In this document: positions 24,502 to 37,647 of the stretch, in pieces
Layout of the letters: each line of letters opens with the position of its first letter
How positions within the stretch are numbered: position 1 is the first letter of the stretch
From: Takakia lepidozioides
Taxonomy: Eukaryota; Plantae; Bryophyta
Direction of reading: 5' to 3'
Assembly: GCA_030704615.1 (NCBI GenBank)
Contig: CM060732.1
Location: 64,046,001 to 64,110,000, forward strand
DNA length: 64,000 nucleotides
Program-made: the position numbers and the translations under genes
Notes under the pieces: generated by a model
What the model was told of the DNA's origin: nothing
Seen by the model: the letters and a program-made list of their open reading frames with translations, nothing else
Databases searched by the model: none

Positions 24502-27386
24502 CTACACCTTCCCCACATACTTATAGTGTCGATCATAATCACGCCTTAGAGCCATCAATGCACTACGTCGCGGGCCCTCTGTGGTCAGCAATTCCAAAGC
24601 AGGCAGGGGAATTAGCAGTGTGTTTCGATGACAAATAGGGAGGTTTTTGACAAGAAACGTATAAACTAGGTCTCCATTGTGGGTCCATCAGATTACAATC
24701 CAATCAATTCTCAAGACCCAACAGACACGCATAATCTCAGCCATTTCAGTACATTGTCCACAGATACGACGGACCTTAAAAGAGAGGAATATTTTCCAAG
24801 CCTTACCTCCAAGGGCAGCATGGAGTTGCTGAAGGTCATTTGGTGAGCATGCATCGAGCAATGCAAAAGCACCAGGTTGCAGTGCACTATCCACGTCTCT
24901 GCATTCCCCAAACCAATCTAAGAGTCACAATTGAAAAGATGGAACCATACCTACACAACGTGATAAGTCTTCCACCACTTTTTCCAGATACATGAAATCA
25001 TTTATGCTCCCCTGTGAATGTTGGCGGGGGCATAGTCATGAATGATACCAGTGCTGGTCAGAGGCTTTAAGCTCACAAAGGTTTAGTGCTCCACTCACAA
25101 TCGCTATAGCACTCACCCAGTGCCAACGAGGATCCAGTTGCATGCAATTGTGTTAGGGCCTAGCATGAACATCATGCTGGAAAGTCACATGTGATTATGC
25201 AGCTCATGTCACCCCTATTTGACACAGATGCCACATATGGTGCTGTGATTGCAATAGCAGTCATGGCAAAGCTTGGTATGTAAAGTGCAAACATAGAGAG
25301 CTCTACCTGTGAAGGCCAACTGCAGAGCTGCCATGTCCCGAAAGAACAGAGAGGTAATCGGCAAGAAGATGGCAGCAATACTTCCCCATTGTGTCTTTGT
25401 GCTCCCCCATCTGCAACAACCATGGGGGGTGTTACAATAGAACTTTCATGAAGGACCTTTGCAAACCTAGGACAAAATAATGTAAAAATAAAATATTATG
25501 CTACAAGGGGGAACAGCCAAGACTTACAGAAAAGTCTTATGATATGGAACCTTCAACACTCAAGAAAACCATTGATGAACATGTAAATGGTACGTAAGCT
25601 AGTAACCTCTTCATATACTCGACGCAGCCAACTGGCACAGCGGGTTGCACTCTCTACACTCCAGATCGACAGAACACCATGTTCCAAAGATGCTCTCCGA
25701 TTGGGAGCAGTCAAGCACTGTAGTAGCACACGTGCTGAATCCCCCAGGAGTGCCATGCAGTGCCCACTTTCCCTGCACCAAAAAACCCATTACTTTGTCA
25801 CCTTCACCTCAATTCATCACACAGGTAATGTGCCCCTGTTTTCGTCTGCCCAAACCTCTTCAGTCTTTTCTGTTTCTAGACCTGCCCGTGTCACTGGCGC
25901 GTCTGAGCAACAGGCCTTCCTCTTGGTCTTCACAGCTAGAATAAACATTATTTTCAGCCTCGTTACTGGAGCGCCTTCCACGATGTCAGTGGCTCCATTC
26001 TGTTTTCATCCCCTTCTCACCCCCTTTTTCGCTGTCCAAAATGGGCATGCAATCTACTTCCACAATGCAACAGCCAGTGGAGTCTACTGAGTACACTTCT
26101 CTCATACTTACTGACCCTGTTGCTAGCGTGACCTTGCAAACTGAAAGTGAAGAGAATATATTAAGCAAAGAAAGTGCATAAGTTCAACAGTCTTCACTCA
26201 GTTAGTCAAGGTTGTTACATATAAGCTAACCTTCATGTCTTCCATAAAACAAGCACAAAAAGGAGGAGAGGATTCCTTGCCTAAGGCGATGCCTTAAAAG
26301 AGCACACAGTAGACGGCAGCATGCGAAGTAGATTTTTGTCACGATCTCACTAGATTTCCCAGCTCCATCTCCACCGGCAGGGGCCCTGCTTGTGTCACTT
26401 GTTTGTGCTATAGAAGGAGAGGTTCCCCACGATTCCCATGTGAACATACCCAGCTGACAAAATGGCTTGAACAGAGTGGCAGGGGATTGCAAGGCAAGAG
26501 CCACATTGCAGGCTTTCATTGGAAAGATAACAGCTCGGGACGCCAGCACAGTCAAAATCTCTATGCTCCGAAGAAGCACTGGAGCTGAGCCCACCATGGC
26601 TAGTTTCTCAGACCCTGATTTATTGTCAGCAGATGAAGACAACTGGGCAAAGAAAAGTGCAGGGCCTTGAAGGTGCCCTATGAGGTTGAAGAGAGCGGCA
26701 AAGAATGAAGGGCAATGGTTGGCCAGCAGGTGCAAACGGGTCTTGCCTGAAAGAACAACAGAATTCTCACCAGTTTATTATGGCAATGACTTACCAGCTC
26801 GTACTTAAAACACATAGGTACTGATTAATGTAGGTATTGATTTAGAGGACAGTCATTTTCCCCATACATGCCCTATAACTCAACTGATGGACAGAGCAAC
26901 CGGATTAAAAAAGGAAGAAACAGGGAAGGACAGTAGCCATTCAGATCCTGCAAAAAGACTATGTGTTCCTGCTCTTTCCCAATGTTGGCTATGACATTGC
27001 CAACGAGCCCCACTGATACTGATTGTAGGAGCCACACATGCAGTGTCAGTCCACCAAGATGTATGAGACGCAGCCAAATTGCCATAACACTTCCGCACAG
27101 CCGAAGACCAGATAATTGAGTGTTTTTTTATGTGCTAGCACAGACATTATGCTAGAAAACATGAGATTGACTGAGAGAGAGAATGTACTCATAAGACATT
27201 GTTTACCGTAGCCTTGTGGCCATACACCCAGTTTGACTCTGAGAGAGAGAGAGGATGTACTCATATGATGTTGTTTGCCGTAGCCTTGTCGCCATTGACC
27301 CCATGCCCAGTTTGAGCGGAACACAAAGGGAGAGAAACTACCTTTGTCAGGGGCTGACGCCGGTAGTATGACTTACCTTGAGATAG

Positions 27387-27447
<61 letters not shown>

Positions 27448-30400
27448 TCAATGGCCACAAGGCTACGGCAAACGTCTTATGAGTACAATCTGTCTTCACA
27501 CACAGCAGATTGATGTTTGTGTGAAGTGATTTCTAGAGGATATCTGGGAAACAGATAAGCACAACAATAGAGTTTTGAGAGCAAGGTGGCCAACCTGAAA
27601 CAGCCTCTAAGGACATGCTCATGCATTCCACACCAGCAGCAACATCTGCCCCCACTTGGCCACCTTTAAGGCTGCTGACTTCCAGACCAGAGCCTCTGTT
27701 AGACCCACCCCATACTCCTGCCATAGCCTTCTCAATTGACTGCAAGGCAAGAACCATGTGTTGCCTTGGCGCATATTTTAGCAAACTCTTAAAGGACATC
27801 TGAAGTACAAACCTCAGTTGGTCGAGAGAATGTTTTGGCCTAATACTAGTTTCTACGTCAGTTGTCACATGATCCACCATCCTATTATCACGGCTACTAC
27901 ACTCCCAGTTTGCATCCCATGACTGGTGCTCCATATCACCATTGAAATTAGAGGTGTTGTCTTTGTCTAAAGGAATGAGTGCCCCCAGCAGCTTTAAGTG
28001 CATGTCAATCAGCTTAGCAAATGCTAAAGGTGGAATATATGGTTTCATACATGGGAGGAAACTGCCAACTGCTTCCATGTATTTGACTACACCTACAAGC
28101 CAACCGACATCTATTGCGCATCCGGACTGGATCACTTGAGCAGCTCCAGACAAGAACCAGTAGCCTACAGCCAGGTGGGTGTTCATGGAAGGGGGCATTC
28201 CCTCTTTGAGATCAACCACAAGGGGTGAAGTCATTGCAATTGGCTTTGTGGCAAAGGGAGAAAAGAACAAGCTTCGAAGTTTCACAAGTGCTCCCACAGC
28301 CATAAAGAGTTCACCCACCAGCTCTGACTGCTCCCTCACATCCCCTTTTAAAATGCTTCTAAGAAGAAAGATTTGTGATGCCATATTTCCAGAGGACTCA
28401 ACGTCTCCTCTACCCTCCCCTGATATTTCCTGTTCTCCCATTCCAAATAATTGCCACTCAGGCTCCATGTGGCGTATCTTGAGATCTCTGCTAGTTCCAC
28501 CGTCTTGCTCCTCATTTTCACTCTGCGCAGCAGTGGCCTCTGTCTTCATCACATCTTCATCCATCGAAGGTTTATCTATCCATGATTCCGTTTCTGATAG
28601 ATCTTCTCCAGCTGCTTCTTTGTTGACATCCTCACCCTCTACCTCACTACCATCATCATCACGGATTTCCACCTCAACGTCATCGTCTCTGCTTGAACTG
28701 CCAGAGAGATTCCCCCTACTTTGACCTCCCTCCTCACCAAAAAATAAAAGCCCAACACAACCTTCCGGCACCAAAATGTGCTGCAAGCTCTGCACCAAAA
28801 CTGGCTCCAGTTTGTCAATGCATTCCAGCCAAGTACCAGGGAGCTGTGGCCGCCACATCAGTGGGGTAGACTTGCTACTGCGGCACTCCTGGTCAAGGCT
28901 ATCAAGTGTGTCAGCCATACTCCAGAGGAAGGTACTAATGGACGCCACTGAAGCAAGAGCTCCATACCATTCCCCAGGACCATTAATACAATGCTTACTG
29001 GGGGGTTCTTCCTTCCTGGAGATACACCTGCTATTACAAGGTTGTGATCCAAGACTTCCAAATCCTTCTGAAAGCCCAACAAAACCTGCCTGTGAATTCT
29101 CCAGAAACTTCTCTACATTTCTTGATTGATTACCCAGTGAATCTACCAATGTCGCTAAGGGACCCCCTCTATCCAGTACTTTGTTGCACTCATCAGATAT
29201 TCTTAATCGTTTTTTCCCTGATCTTTTCTCCACCAACTGTGTGGAAGCCTCCACTGCAGGCTCAGCATGTGTGGTAACTAGGAGGGGCCTTGACTCACAC
29301 CAACAAAGTTTGCTAGAAATCGATGCAATAATACTGGAAGTGCTGTCTACTATCTTATAAAGGGCATCCCTTTCACCCCTGAGACGGTCACAATCACGCT
29401 CTTTGGTGGGATATGACACTCTGTCGCTCCCTTTGGTGCCCACTACAGATAAACTCCTTGCTTGGACGCCTGACTTGTCCGTTCCCTTGCCAGTATGAGA
29501 CAAGGTGGGTTGCACAGCATCAAACAAACACGTGGCAGCTGCTTGGGTTGAAAGTGTCAGCCAATGACAGGCTGCAGGGCTGCCCAAGTAAATGGACACT
29601 AAAGGTGAGCATGTGATGTCGTCCTGGGTGGTCATGAATGATGAGGTTAAAGCCTCCTGCGCCCGGCGGCACACAGCCAGAACAATGAGGAACTTGGAAG
29701 AGTAGGATGGCACGCTCAGCGCTCTCCTTTGAGATGGGGACAGGGCTGATCCAGAGAGGGCCACCTGGTGGATCGTGAGAATGCCATCGACTAGGAGCCT
29801 GAATACAATCAAATAAAAAACTCTCAAGACTTGAACACAAGAGATTGATGAAGACAAAACCACTTCCTCTCAGAATATTCCCATATTGATCAATAACCAG
29901 TCATGGAGATTGCAGGGTGAGATGAATGGGGGAAGACAGTGACGAAGGCCCCAGGAGAGGAAGGCACAGAGGTAAGAAAAGTGATAGGACAATTCCAGAG
30001 ACTGGTAAGATGCCATAAAGACAATACTTTACAAACAAATTATGAACAGACAGAGCATGTTGAACTCACTTTTCGGTTTGGCAGACAGCATATGCACAGA
30101 AAGCTGTGTCCGAGGGTCTAAGATAACCCTCAGGGAGTGACGCCAACAGTCCCAGTAACCCCATAATGTGATCCAAGACCAGTGACTGAGCTCCATTTGA
30201 GGTAGATTCTTCCCACTGATGAGGATTAAAGGATTGTGTCAAACCTTTTCTGCTGGGATTGACCTTTTCTTTTCTTTGCCAAGTATATCCAACTTGTTCT
30301 TCAATTCTCCGGTCTAATTCTGTCCATTCTTGTGTGTTGCTGATAACAGGTACTGTACTCTCACTGGACTGATCCAAGATCTTCCAACCGGGAAGATTGC

Positions 30401-33400
30401 ACTTGAAGGCCAATGATAAGGAGTATTTGAACTGTTGTAAAAACGCTGACGTAAAAATGCGACGCATGGGCTGGAGGAAACATCAACGACCCACGTGTGA
30501 GGCAATTTGAAACTTCTGTGTATATTCAGGAAGAAAAGCCTTGTGCAGGAGTAGAGACACAGAAGAGGGGGGGGAGGAAAGTGAAAAACTCACTACTGGT
30601 CTGCAATGCACTCACCATTGCATTAACCATATTATACACAATAGAGCCTGATAAAATCTGAACTCCTTTATGGGAGATAACCACTAATAAAAGGAGACTG
30701 CCACATCCAGGTAAAGAAGAGCTACAAGCGACATGACACAACATCCACTAAAGTTACAGAGCATAACAAACAATAAAAAGAGGAAGGAAACCAGAAAGAA
30801 TGCTACATAAAATTTAGAGAGTCAATCTATCAGTAAGAGAAAAATCCATTAGATCTTGTATAGCAATGACCAGCTTTTAAAACTCCCTGCTGACTCACAA
30901 GTTCCCGAGAGAGGGTACAGGCATACTGAGTTTCTGTGTGAACACGGAAAGACTGAGCCAAGACAGAGTTTTACGTCTTAGCATCCAAAGCATACACCAC
31001 AGGCTCACACTATGCAAACGCTGCAATGGACTAATGTAAGCATTTAGCTACACATGAATGGGTGCATGTACAGTGGTGAGATCAAGTGGGGGAAACCAAG
31101 AGAAGCAGACAGAATGAGGAAAAACATGCGTATCCCCAACCTCATCCTCGTAGAAGTCCGTACTCGTCAACAGTTCGTGAGTGATGCCCTCCATGCACAG
31201 GCATGCTACATCTTCTCTCCCGCTCATATTCAATTTCTTACCACCTTGGTTTGAAGGATCTAAACTCCCTATTTGGCTTCCACTATGCCCACAACTTCTA
31301 AGAATCACTGTGATAAACTGCTTCAAATCGCTTTGACTTCCATACTTTGACCATAAATCGATATTCCGGCAGAGAAGGCACCACCTGGTACAAACAAACC
31401 AGTCGCTGAGATCCTGAAAACTTCAGAAGAAGCCACCTCCCTTACATAAAAAGAAATTTTCCCTAATTCAGGACCGAGCAGAACCTAGAAATGCATTGGT
31501 GCCATACTGTAGTATAGCTCGCGTACTAGTGAAGAGTGGCCATGGCCAACCTCACAATGTTAGCACCCAAGAAGCAAAAAACAACAGAGAAGATACTTAG
31601 ACATATGCATGACTAGGTATGTTGCATTTCGGGCAGTTGTACCACTTGAGCACCTTATGTATAGCACCAACTGTGTCCAAACATGTGTGTACCTTGCCAC
31701 AGATAACGTGTCCCCCATCAGGGTTGCCACAACTGTGTTCCATCCTCTGCACAGACTCCCAATACTAGCGCCACCCCCATAGCTGAACCTGTTCGCTTCC
31801 GCAACAGCCTTCTCGTTCAGAAGTACCGGGGTTTCCTTCCACCTCTTTCTGCCAGTATCTTTTGCACTAGCTCTTGTCCACTCCTCAGAGAGCACATTGG
31901 GAAGGTCCCTGAGCAAAAAAGAAACCAACTTTGCCCCCTCCTCGTCCAGCATTCTAAGAAGCTTAACAAAGTTCTTTCGATGACCCTTCAATGCATCGGG
32001 TATTGTATCACTGAGTACTACATTCTGTAGAGACTTTCTCTCTTCTGTTGCTGTTGCTCCTCCTTGCTTCCTAGTTGGCCATGAGCTTTCCTCTCTTGAT
32101 ACACTTTTACCTAAGAGAAACCTTGCAGCCCGTGCATGCCTATCTATATCCACCAGGCTTTGCACCGCAAGAGAACTTAACATGTAAGCCAAGGTGGGCA
32201 CTCTCTGAAGCCCACTTACTCCAACTCTCAATTCAATGTCCCTTAAGACGTCGGAGACCGGAATTGAACCTCTCTGTATTGCAGCAAAGAAACCCCTTCC
32301 TTCCAATTCTTCCACAATGTAAGCTTCACCGCCATCAAGATAGCCTAGCACTGATTCGCCTACACTGAGACTTGCCTTTTCTGCAGCCTTGGGAGCCATC
32401 AGGGAGACACATTGCTTGTGCAAGCTTCGGGCTGCACAAAATAATCGCAGCAAGATTGCACACTTCCAAGCAAATAAAATACAGCTCTTGTTCTCCATTT
32501 TTCGGTCTGCAGTCCCTTTCTTCAAATCTTCAGCACCCTCCTTAACTTGACTAACGTCATCTAGAACTTTTCTTAATGTGGGACCTAACCCTTTGATGAG
32601 TAGATCTTTGACTGCCCTACCAGCTAGCGTGCTGTTGGTTGCAGTGACATTCACATTCTCAAGCACAGACGTATAGACCTCAAATAGACCTTTCATTGCA
32701 CACTCAATATTTGGTGCACTCCATGACTCGGGCCCTGCTATCACTGTCCCTGGTGCAGCTTTCAGTTGGATTTCCAGACTTTCCAGATCTTTCAGGCTCT
32801 TTGCAACATCTCGCATCAAACCCTTCAGAAGTTGCACCACCTGACCTTCAGGCAGTGCATGAACGACTGATCCCATCGTTGCCAAAAAGGGCTTTGAGCA
32901 CACTAATCTCTCCACCGCCAGACCCAAAGGTGCAAGAATAGAGAAGGAACTCTTCCTCTTCGCTCCAGTCAAGGAAGATGGTGAAGATGAATTTCCATTG
33001 GAGAAGGATATCAAGCTTCTTAGCGTATCACAGAGAAGAAAGATTGGGAGGTCAGCCTGCAGTAAACCATGGTAACCAGATATAAGTCTGCTTTTCCATT
33101 CAAATTCGAGGGTCATCTTGAAGTGTGCTTGGTTGTCTGCAAACAAGAGAGACTAACCGAAAGTAAAGTTTGATTTGGGAGGTAAGAAATTATACATCTA
33201 CACCCATGGCTACCTCCCCTCAGAACAACAGTGAAGGCTTATCAATCATAATGAGAGAAACTATATGTAAGACACTATAAGCTGTCAAAGGTCAAATCGA
33301 ACCATAACAATTATTCACTATGCACAACTTAGAAAGGTGGATATTATCGGTGACTACAAAAACAAAAGCACAGCCATTGGTTCGCTGTCTCACAAAAATG

Positions 33401-36400
33401 TGTATTCCAGTAGATGCATGGATGTCACAGGACCATAGACATCTTTGCATCCCAATCGCACAGTAAAACATAAGCCTGTAAAAATGGAAGAGCTACAATT
33501 CTATTCTAACTTGATGTGACTCACCTGGCGCAGATCACTGTACACATGCATGACTCTGCAACAAACATCCAAGGCCTCTACCATCTCAGTGTTCCTCTCC
33601 TGGAGCTGTACGTCAAATGTCAGAGCCATAGCCTGGAACACAAATAGCCAAATATTTGGCAATTCATGTTCCACCACCTGGTACTCCAGGTCCAAGAGGT
33701 AGCCAAGAGCACGGATCACCTCTGTTGACATTGCTGCAAAATCAACCTTCACTGCTTGGTCTCCACCTTCCCCAGCTTCCGAGCTTTTCTTTATGTTTGT
33801 GTCAGCAACCGTGTTCTTCATCCCCTTGGTGGAAATCTGAGACCAAAATGAGAATGCTACTTTCCCCAAGCTGAAAACTAGATCACTAATCTCTTGTAAA
33901 AATTTCAAGTGAGTCCGGGAAAGTGTATCCTCTATGGGCACATACGCGTGCTCCTTCCTTGCAGCTGAGAGCAGCTCATTGGCAGCACTCAACAATGAAC
34001 ATATGCATGTGATCTGGCATGCTCGCTGTGCAATACCACCAGCCTCTCTATCCATGCCTTCAAGACTTTGTTGCAGGTCATTCTTCAATGGGCCAATGAG
34101 CTCTGCGAAGACTGTAAATAGTGCCTCACTCTCACCCCTACCATGTTTCATCGTATGTTTAACTGGAGATGGTGCAGGAGCACCCTCATCAAGTGTCTCC
34201 CCATCAGTGCCCTTTGAGACCTTTTCGCCCAGACCATAAGCACGTCCCACTTCTTGTTTGGTATCTGCAGTAAGACCATGATGTGAGGACTCATGATCTA
34301 ATCTACATTTGACCACTTTTTATCTTACCATGTTAAAAAGTACTTGACAACTGTACCATTGCATTTGTCAAGCATAAACAATAACACAAAGTGATTGAAA
34401 CTACCTGGGCGGTTCTCAACAGGCTGCAATTTCCCTTGGCCCCGAACACCAAACACATCCTCACTTATGGCTGCCTTTTGGGATTTCAATCTGTGTGCAT
34501 AGACTTTGAAAATATATCCTAGCCCTCTCAATGCTGCCAGTTTCCCCTCCCCTCTCAATTGATCCAGCTTTTTGAAAAAAGATCTATGGTAGCTTTCATA
34601 CTGCGACTCAAATCCTTCAGAATCAGGCCTCTCTTCAGCCCTGTTCCTCCTTTTCTTCTTACCCTCGCCTCCTTTGTCATCCTTAGTTTCCTGGATGCCC
34701 CTCAGCACTATGCAAACCTCCAGATATCCTCCAACGTGTGTTCCATGGAACAAACCATCTGCCAGAATGTCTTCAGCAGCCGTCAAAAGTCTTTCATGCC
34801 AATAAGGCCCCTCCTCTCCCTTTAAAGATTGCTGGGCATGGTTGCTTTCAACATTCAAGTCTACGATGATTTTGAGCAAAGGCTCCAGCAGCCTTCCAGT
34901 GATGACATGAAACACAGTTCTGGGGCTCGGATGTATCTTAACAACTTTTGCAAAACCCTCAGTGATGAGTGTAATTAGAGTCTGTATGGCGGTTGCCTGT
35001 ACCCTGGAAGATTTTAGCCCCCCACCTATAGAAACTAGGTTTAGGGCTGCAGCAGTCAGCGAAACCAAGTGATCTAGATTAGCACTAAAGATCCGCTCAT
35101 AGACAGAGAACAAGATCTGTACGACTTCAACCAATTCACTCAGCAAGCTTCCTTCCTCACTGTCACCAGTGTCAAACCCCTGGTTCCTATTGGGCTTGGT
35201 TTTGAACACAGAGCCCGCAGGAAGATCACTGATTGGAGATGATAAGGATGCACCTTCCATTTCTACTACAGAGGTCTCCCCCTCTGCTGCAACTGTCAGC
35301 ACAGATGTGAGAGGACGCAACAGTGCTGGCGAAACACCTGTGGCACGGTGTAAATGACCAGACAAGAGACACCACTTGAATATTTTCCACAAACGGGCAT
35401 CCAAATAGGCAGGAAGTCCAAAGCGTTCTCCTGTGACTGGGAACATTGAGACATCTTGTCCTGCTTGATTACTTCCCCCTGCTGAAAAGGTAGAGAGAGT
35501 CTTCAGTGGCTTTGGATTGCTTGGGGTGTTCTTAGTTGACCGAAAAATTGCTGACTGAACCCACTCAGAGAAAACCCCCACAAACTGCGGCATCCCCATC
35601 CATCCATTTGTATTTTCCGGCTGTCCAGCACTGTCATGAGTATTACGGCTCTCCTTGTACAACTTTTCAGCTTCAACAAACTGCAAAGCAAGCTCAATTT
35701 TTCTGCAAGCAGCATATGCACATGTTCTTGAGAACTTGAACCCAAAAGAGAGAGCTCGTGCAACTAGCCAGTATGGGATATCCATTATGTGGTCATAAGA
35801 GAGATGTCTGTACAACAGATCTTGTCACCTAGTCCACCAACCAAGGACTTCAATTTGCAGACGTGATCAAGGAAAAAATGGAAGACTAGACCTATCTCAC
35901 CGCCCTCCAATCCTCTCTCTTCCCTGTATCTTTCCATCTCCCAAAGTTGTGGTTGGAAACATGGCAACCGAATACATTTACACAAAAGGTGCTCTCCAAA
36001 GATGGATGGATACTGAGCAACAACCTCTCTGTAGGCTTTGCCGGATGTCGCAGTGCCCGCACGAGGTCTAGCTTGGACAATGGCTCCGGCGTGGGCTGTG
36101 CTAGCCTTGTTTTGTCTAAGACCTGTAAGGAATCAGAAGCAGAGGATGCCAATCCAAGCACACCTGGTTCGTCTTTGAGATTATCTGGAACAGATACAGT
36201 GCTTGAATCAAGGGCGGAAAAACCAATCATGTTTGAACCAAAGCTCTTTATCCTCCTCTTAGGTAGTGGCGCGCCGTTGTGCTCGGAGAGCACAACCTCA
36301 TCAGCCACCATTCTCATTTTGTCTAAAGATCCATCGACCATATTCGGTTTATCCACTTCCCTTCCCAAATTTCCACTATCCGAAATCTTCCTCTTCTTGC

Positions 36401-36578
36401 TCTTAGAGCTTCCATTGGACCTGTTATTGACAGCACCCTGCGATACTCTCTCCCCTGTCTTACTGCTCTGAGTTCTCATCTCAATTCCTTCAACCACTCC
36501 AACACGCCTTAGCAATTTGGACCTTGTCTGATCCACCCCATTGGCCTGCCTTGCAAGGCCCTCATCAGTGCCTACCAT
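24502..36578 (-). CDS. URB2: Nucleolar pre-ribosomal protein URB2/Npa2, large multi-exon gene
   Basis: Long helical exons (34.4-35.7, 33.5-34.3, 31.7-33.1, 27.6-29.8 kb) with RKIELALQFV near the N-terminus. C-terminal Urb2-type sequence: CASWLRRVYEE|MGEHKDTMGKYCCHLLADYL..R|DVDSALQPGAFALLDACSPNDLQQLHAALG|EGPRRSALMALRRDYDRHYKYVGKV*. Start codon tentative. Confidence 0.85.
27174..27492. repeat. Intronic dispersed repeat: two direct units plus an inverted unit around a (CT)n tract in a URB2 intron
   Basis: Direct units at about 27174-27240 and 27241-27340; inverted unit TCAATGGCCACAAGGCTACGGCAAACGTCTTATGAGTACA at about 27447-27488. Confidence 0.8.
27391..27443. repeat. (CT)n/(GA)n microsatellite, about 26 units
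   Basis: Uninterrupted TC dinucleotide run. Confidence 0.95.
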
Positions 36579-37068
36579 TGGCAGTTCATCTTGGCGTGCT
36601 GACCGTGATGATCCTGCTTTGAACAACAAATGATGTTATTTCTAAGTATGCACACACATGTATGGACCGCACGCATGCTGTCAATTTTATGGACCAGGTG
36701 GAAATCCCCGGATTTCATTTCACCACCTCCAGTCCAGACTAGTGATTGCCAAACCGCCTTCCTCTCTTCTCGGGGTACAAGGAGCTGTGGGCGCGATTGA
36801 GGTAGCAATTGTACCCCAAAATTGATGGTGAAACTCTACTGAATAAGAACTATGACACAATTCTTGCACGTGCCTAAGAAATCTGCTGCTCACCTTCACC
36901 ACCCCCAGCCAGTCGACTCTCCTCAGCAAACGCCTTCCGCAGCTGCCTGTGCTTAGAATTCCTGCGCTTCTTCCTTCTGGGCTTTCCAGAAACCACCCAC
37001 ACAACGCCCATGTCCGACCATCCCACGCACATCCCATTGCCAATCACACGCTACGCAGAGCCAAGCTC

Positions 37069-37209
37069 TAGGGTTTAGGGTTTTACGGCATTTGGACTTT
37101 CTTTCTTTTTTTTGTTTTTAAAGGAAAGGGGACGGAGTTGGACTTTCTAGGGTTGATCAGGTCTTCTACACGTACGTACTTGTCGGAGTTTGTTGCAATT
37201 TAGGGTTTC
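37069..37209 (-). promoter_or_regulatory. Telo-box cluster (AAACCCTA) upstream of URB2
   Basis: TAGGGTTTAGGGTTT at 37069-37083, TAGGGTT near 37148 and TTAGGGTTT near 37200. Telo-boxes are typical of plant ribosome-biogenesis gene promoters. Confidence 0.7.
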
Positions 37210-37647
37210 GGTTGGGTCGGGTTTGTTGGCCATGAAGGCAGGACTACGCAAAGGTTTCAGCTGCTTTAGCACCGATACTTTTTTCTTTTTCTTTTTTTTT
37301 TCTGAAAAAAATTAAAACCCCGGATGAGCCATAAGGCGGCGCACACACTGCAAGCAGTGAAGAATGAACCCTTCCTCTAAGTACGAGAGAATGATCAGTG
37401 AAGAAGATCTGTCTGCCCTAGGGCTGTAGCTAAGCCGCTATGTCTGCAGGATCGCCTGACTATGAGATTCAGTAGCAGAGCCCTAAGCTATGCATAGTAA
37501 CTCAGTTGCACTTTATGAATGGTAGAGAAGAACACCTCAGGGACTCGTTGCCCAAAAACTAGCAATCAAAACAACATAGCAAAGGAAGCAAGTTGAGATC
37601 ATCTGATCCCTTCCAATTTGGATGCACCCTATGCGAACCGCGAACCT

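Noticed and set aside
37069-37083. Interstitial telomere
   Set aside because: Only two units; better explained as telo-boxes. The similar TAGGGTTTAGGG near 63718 is also too short.
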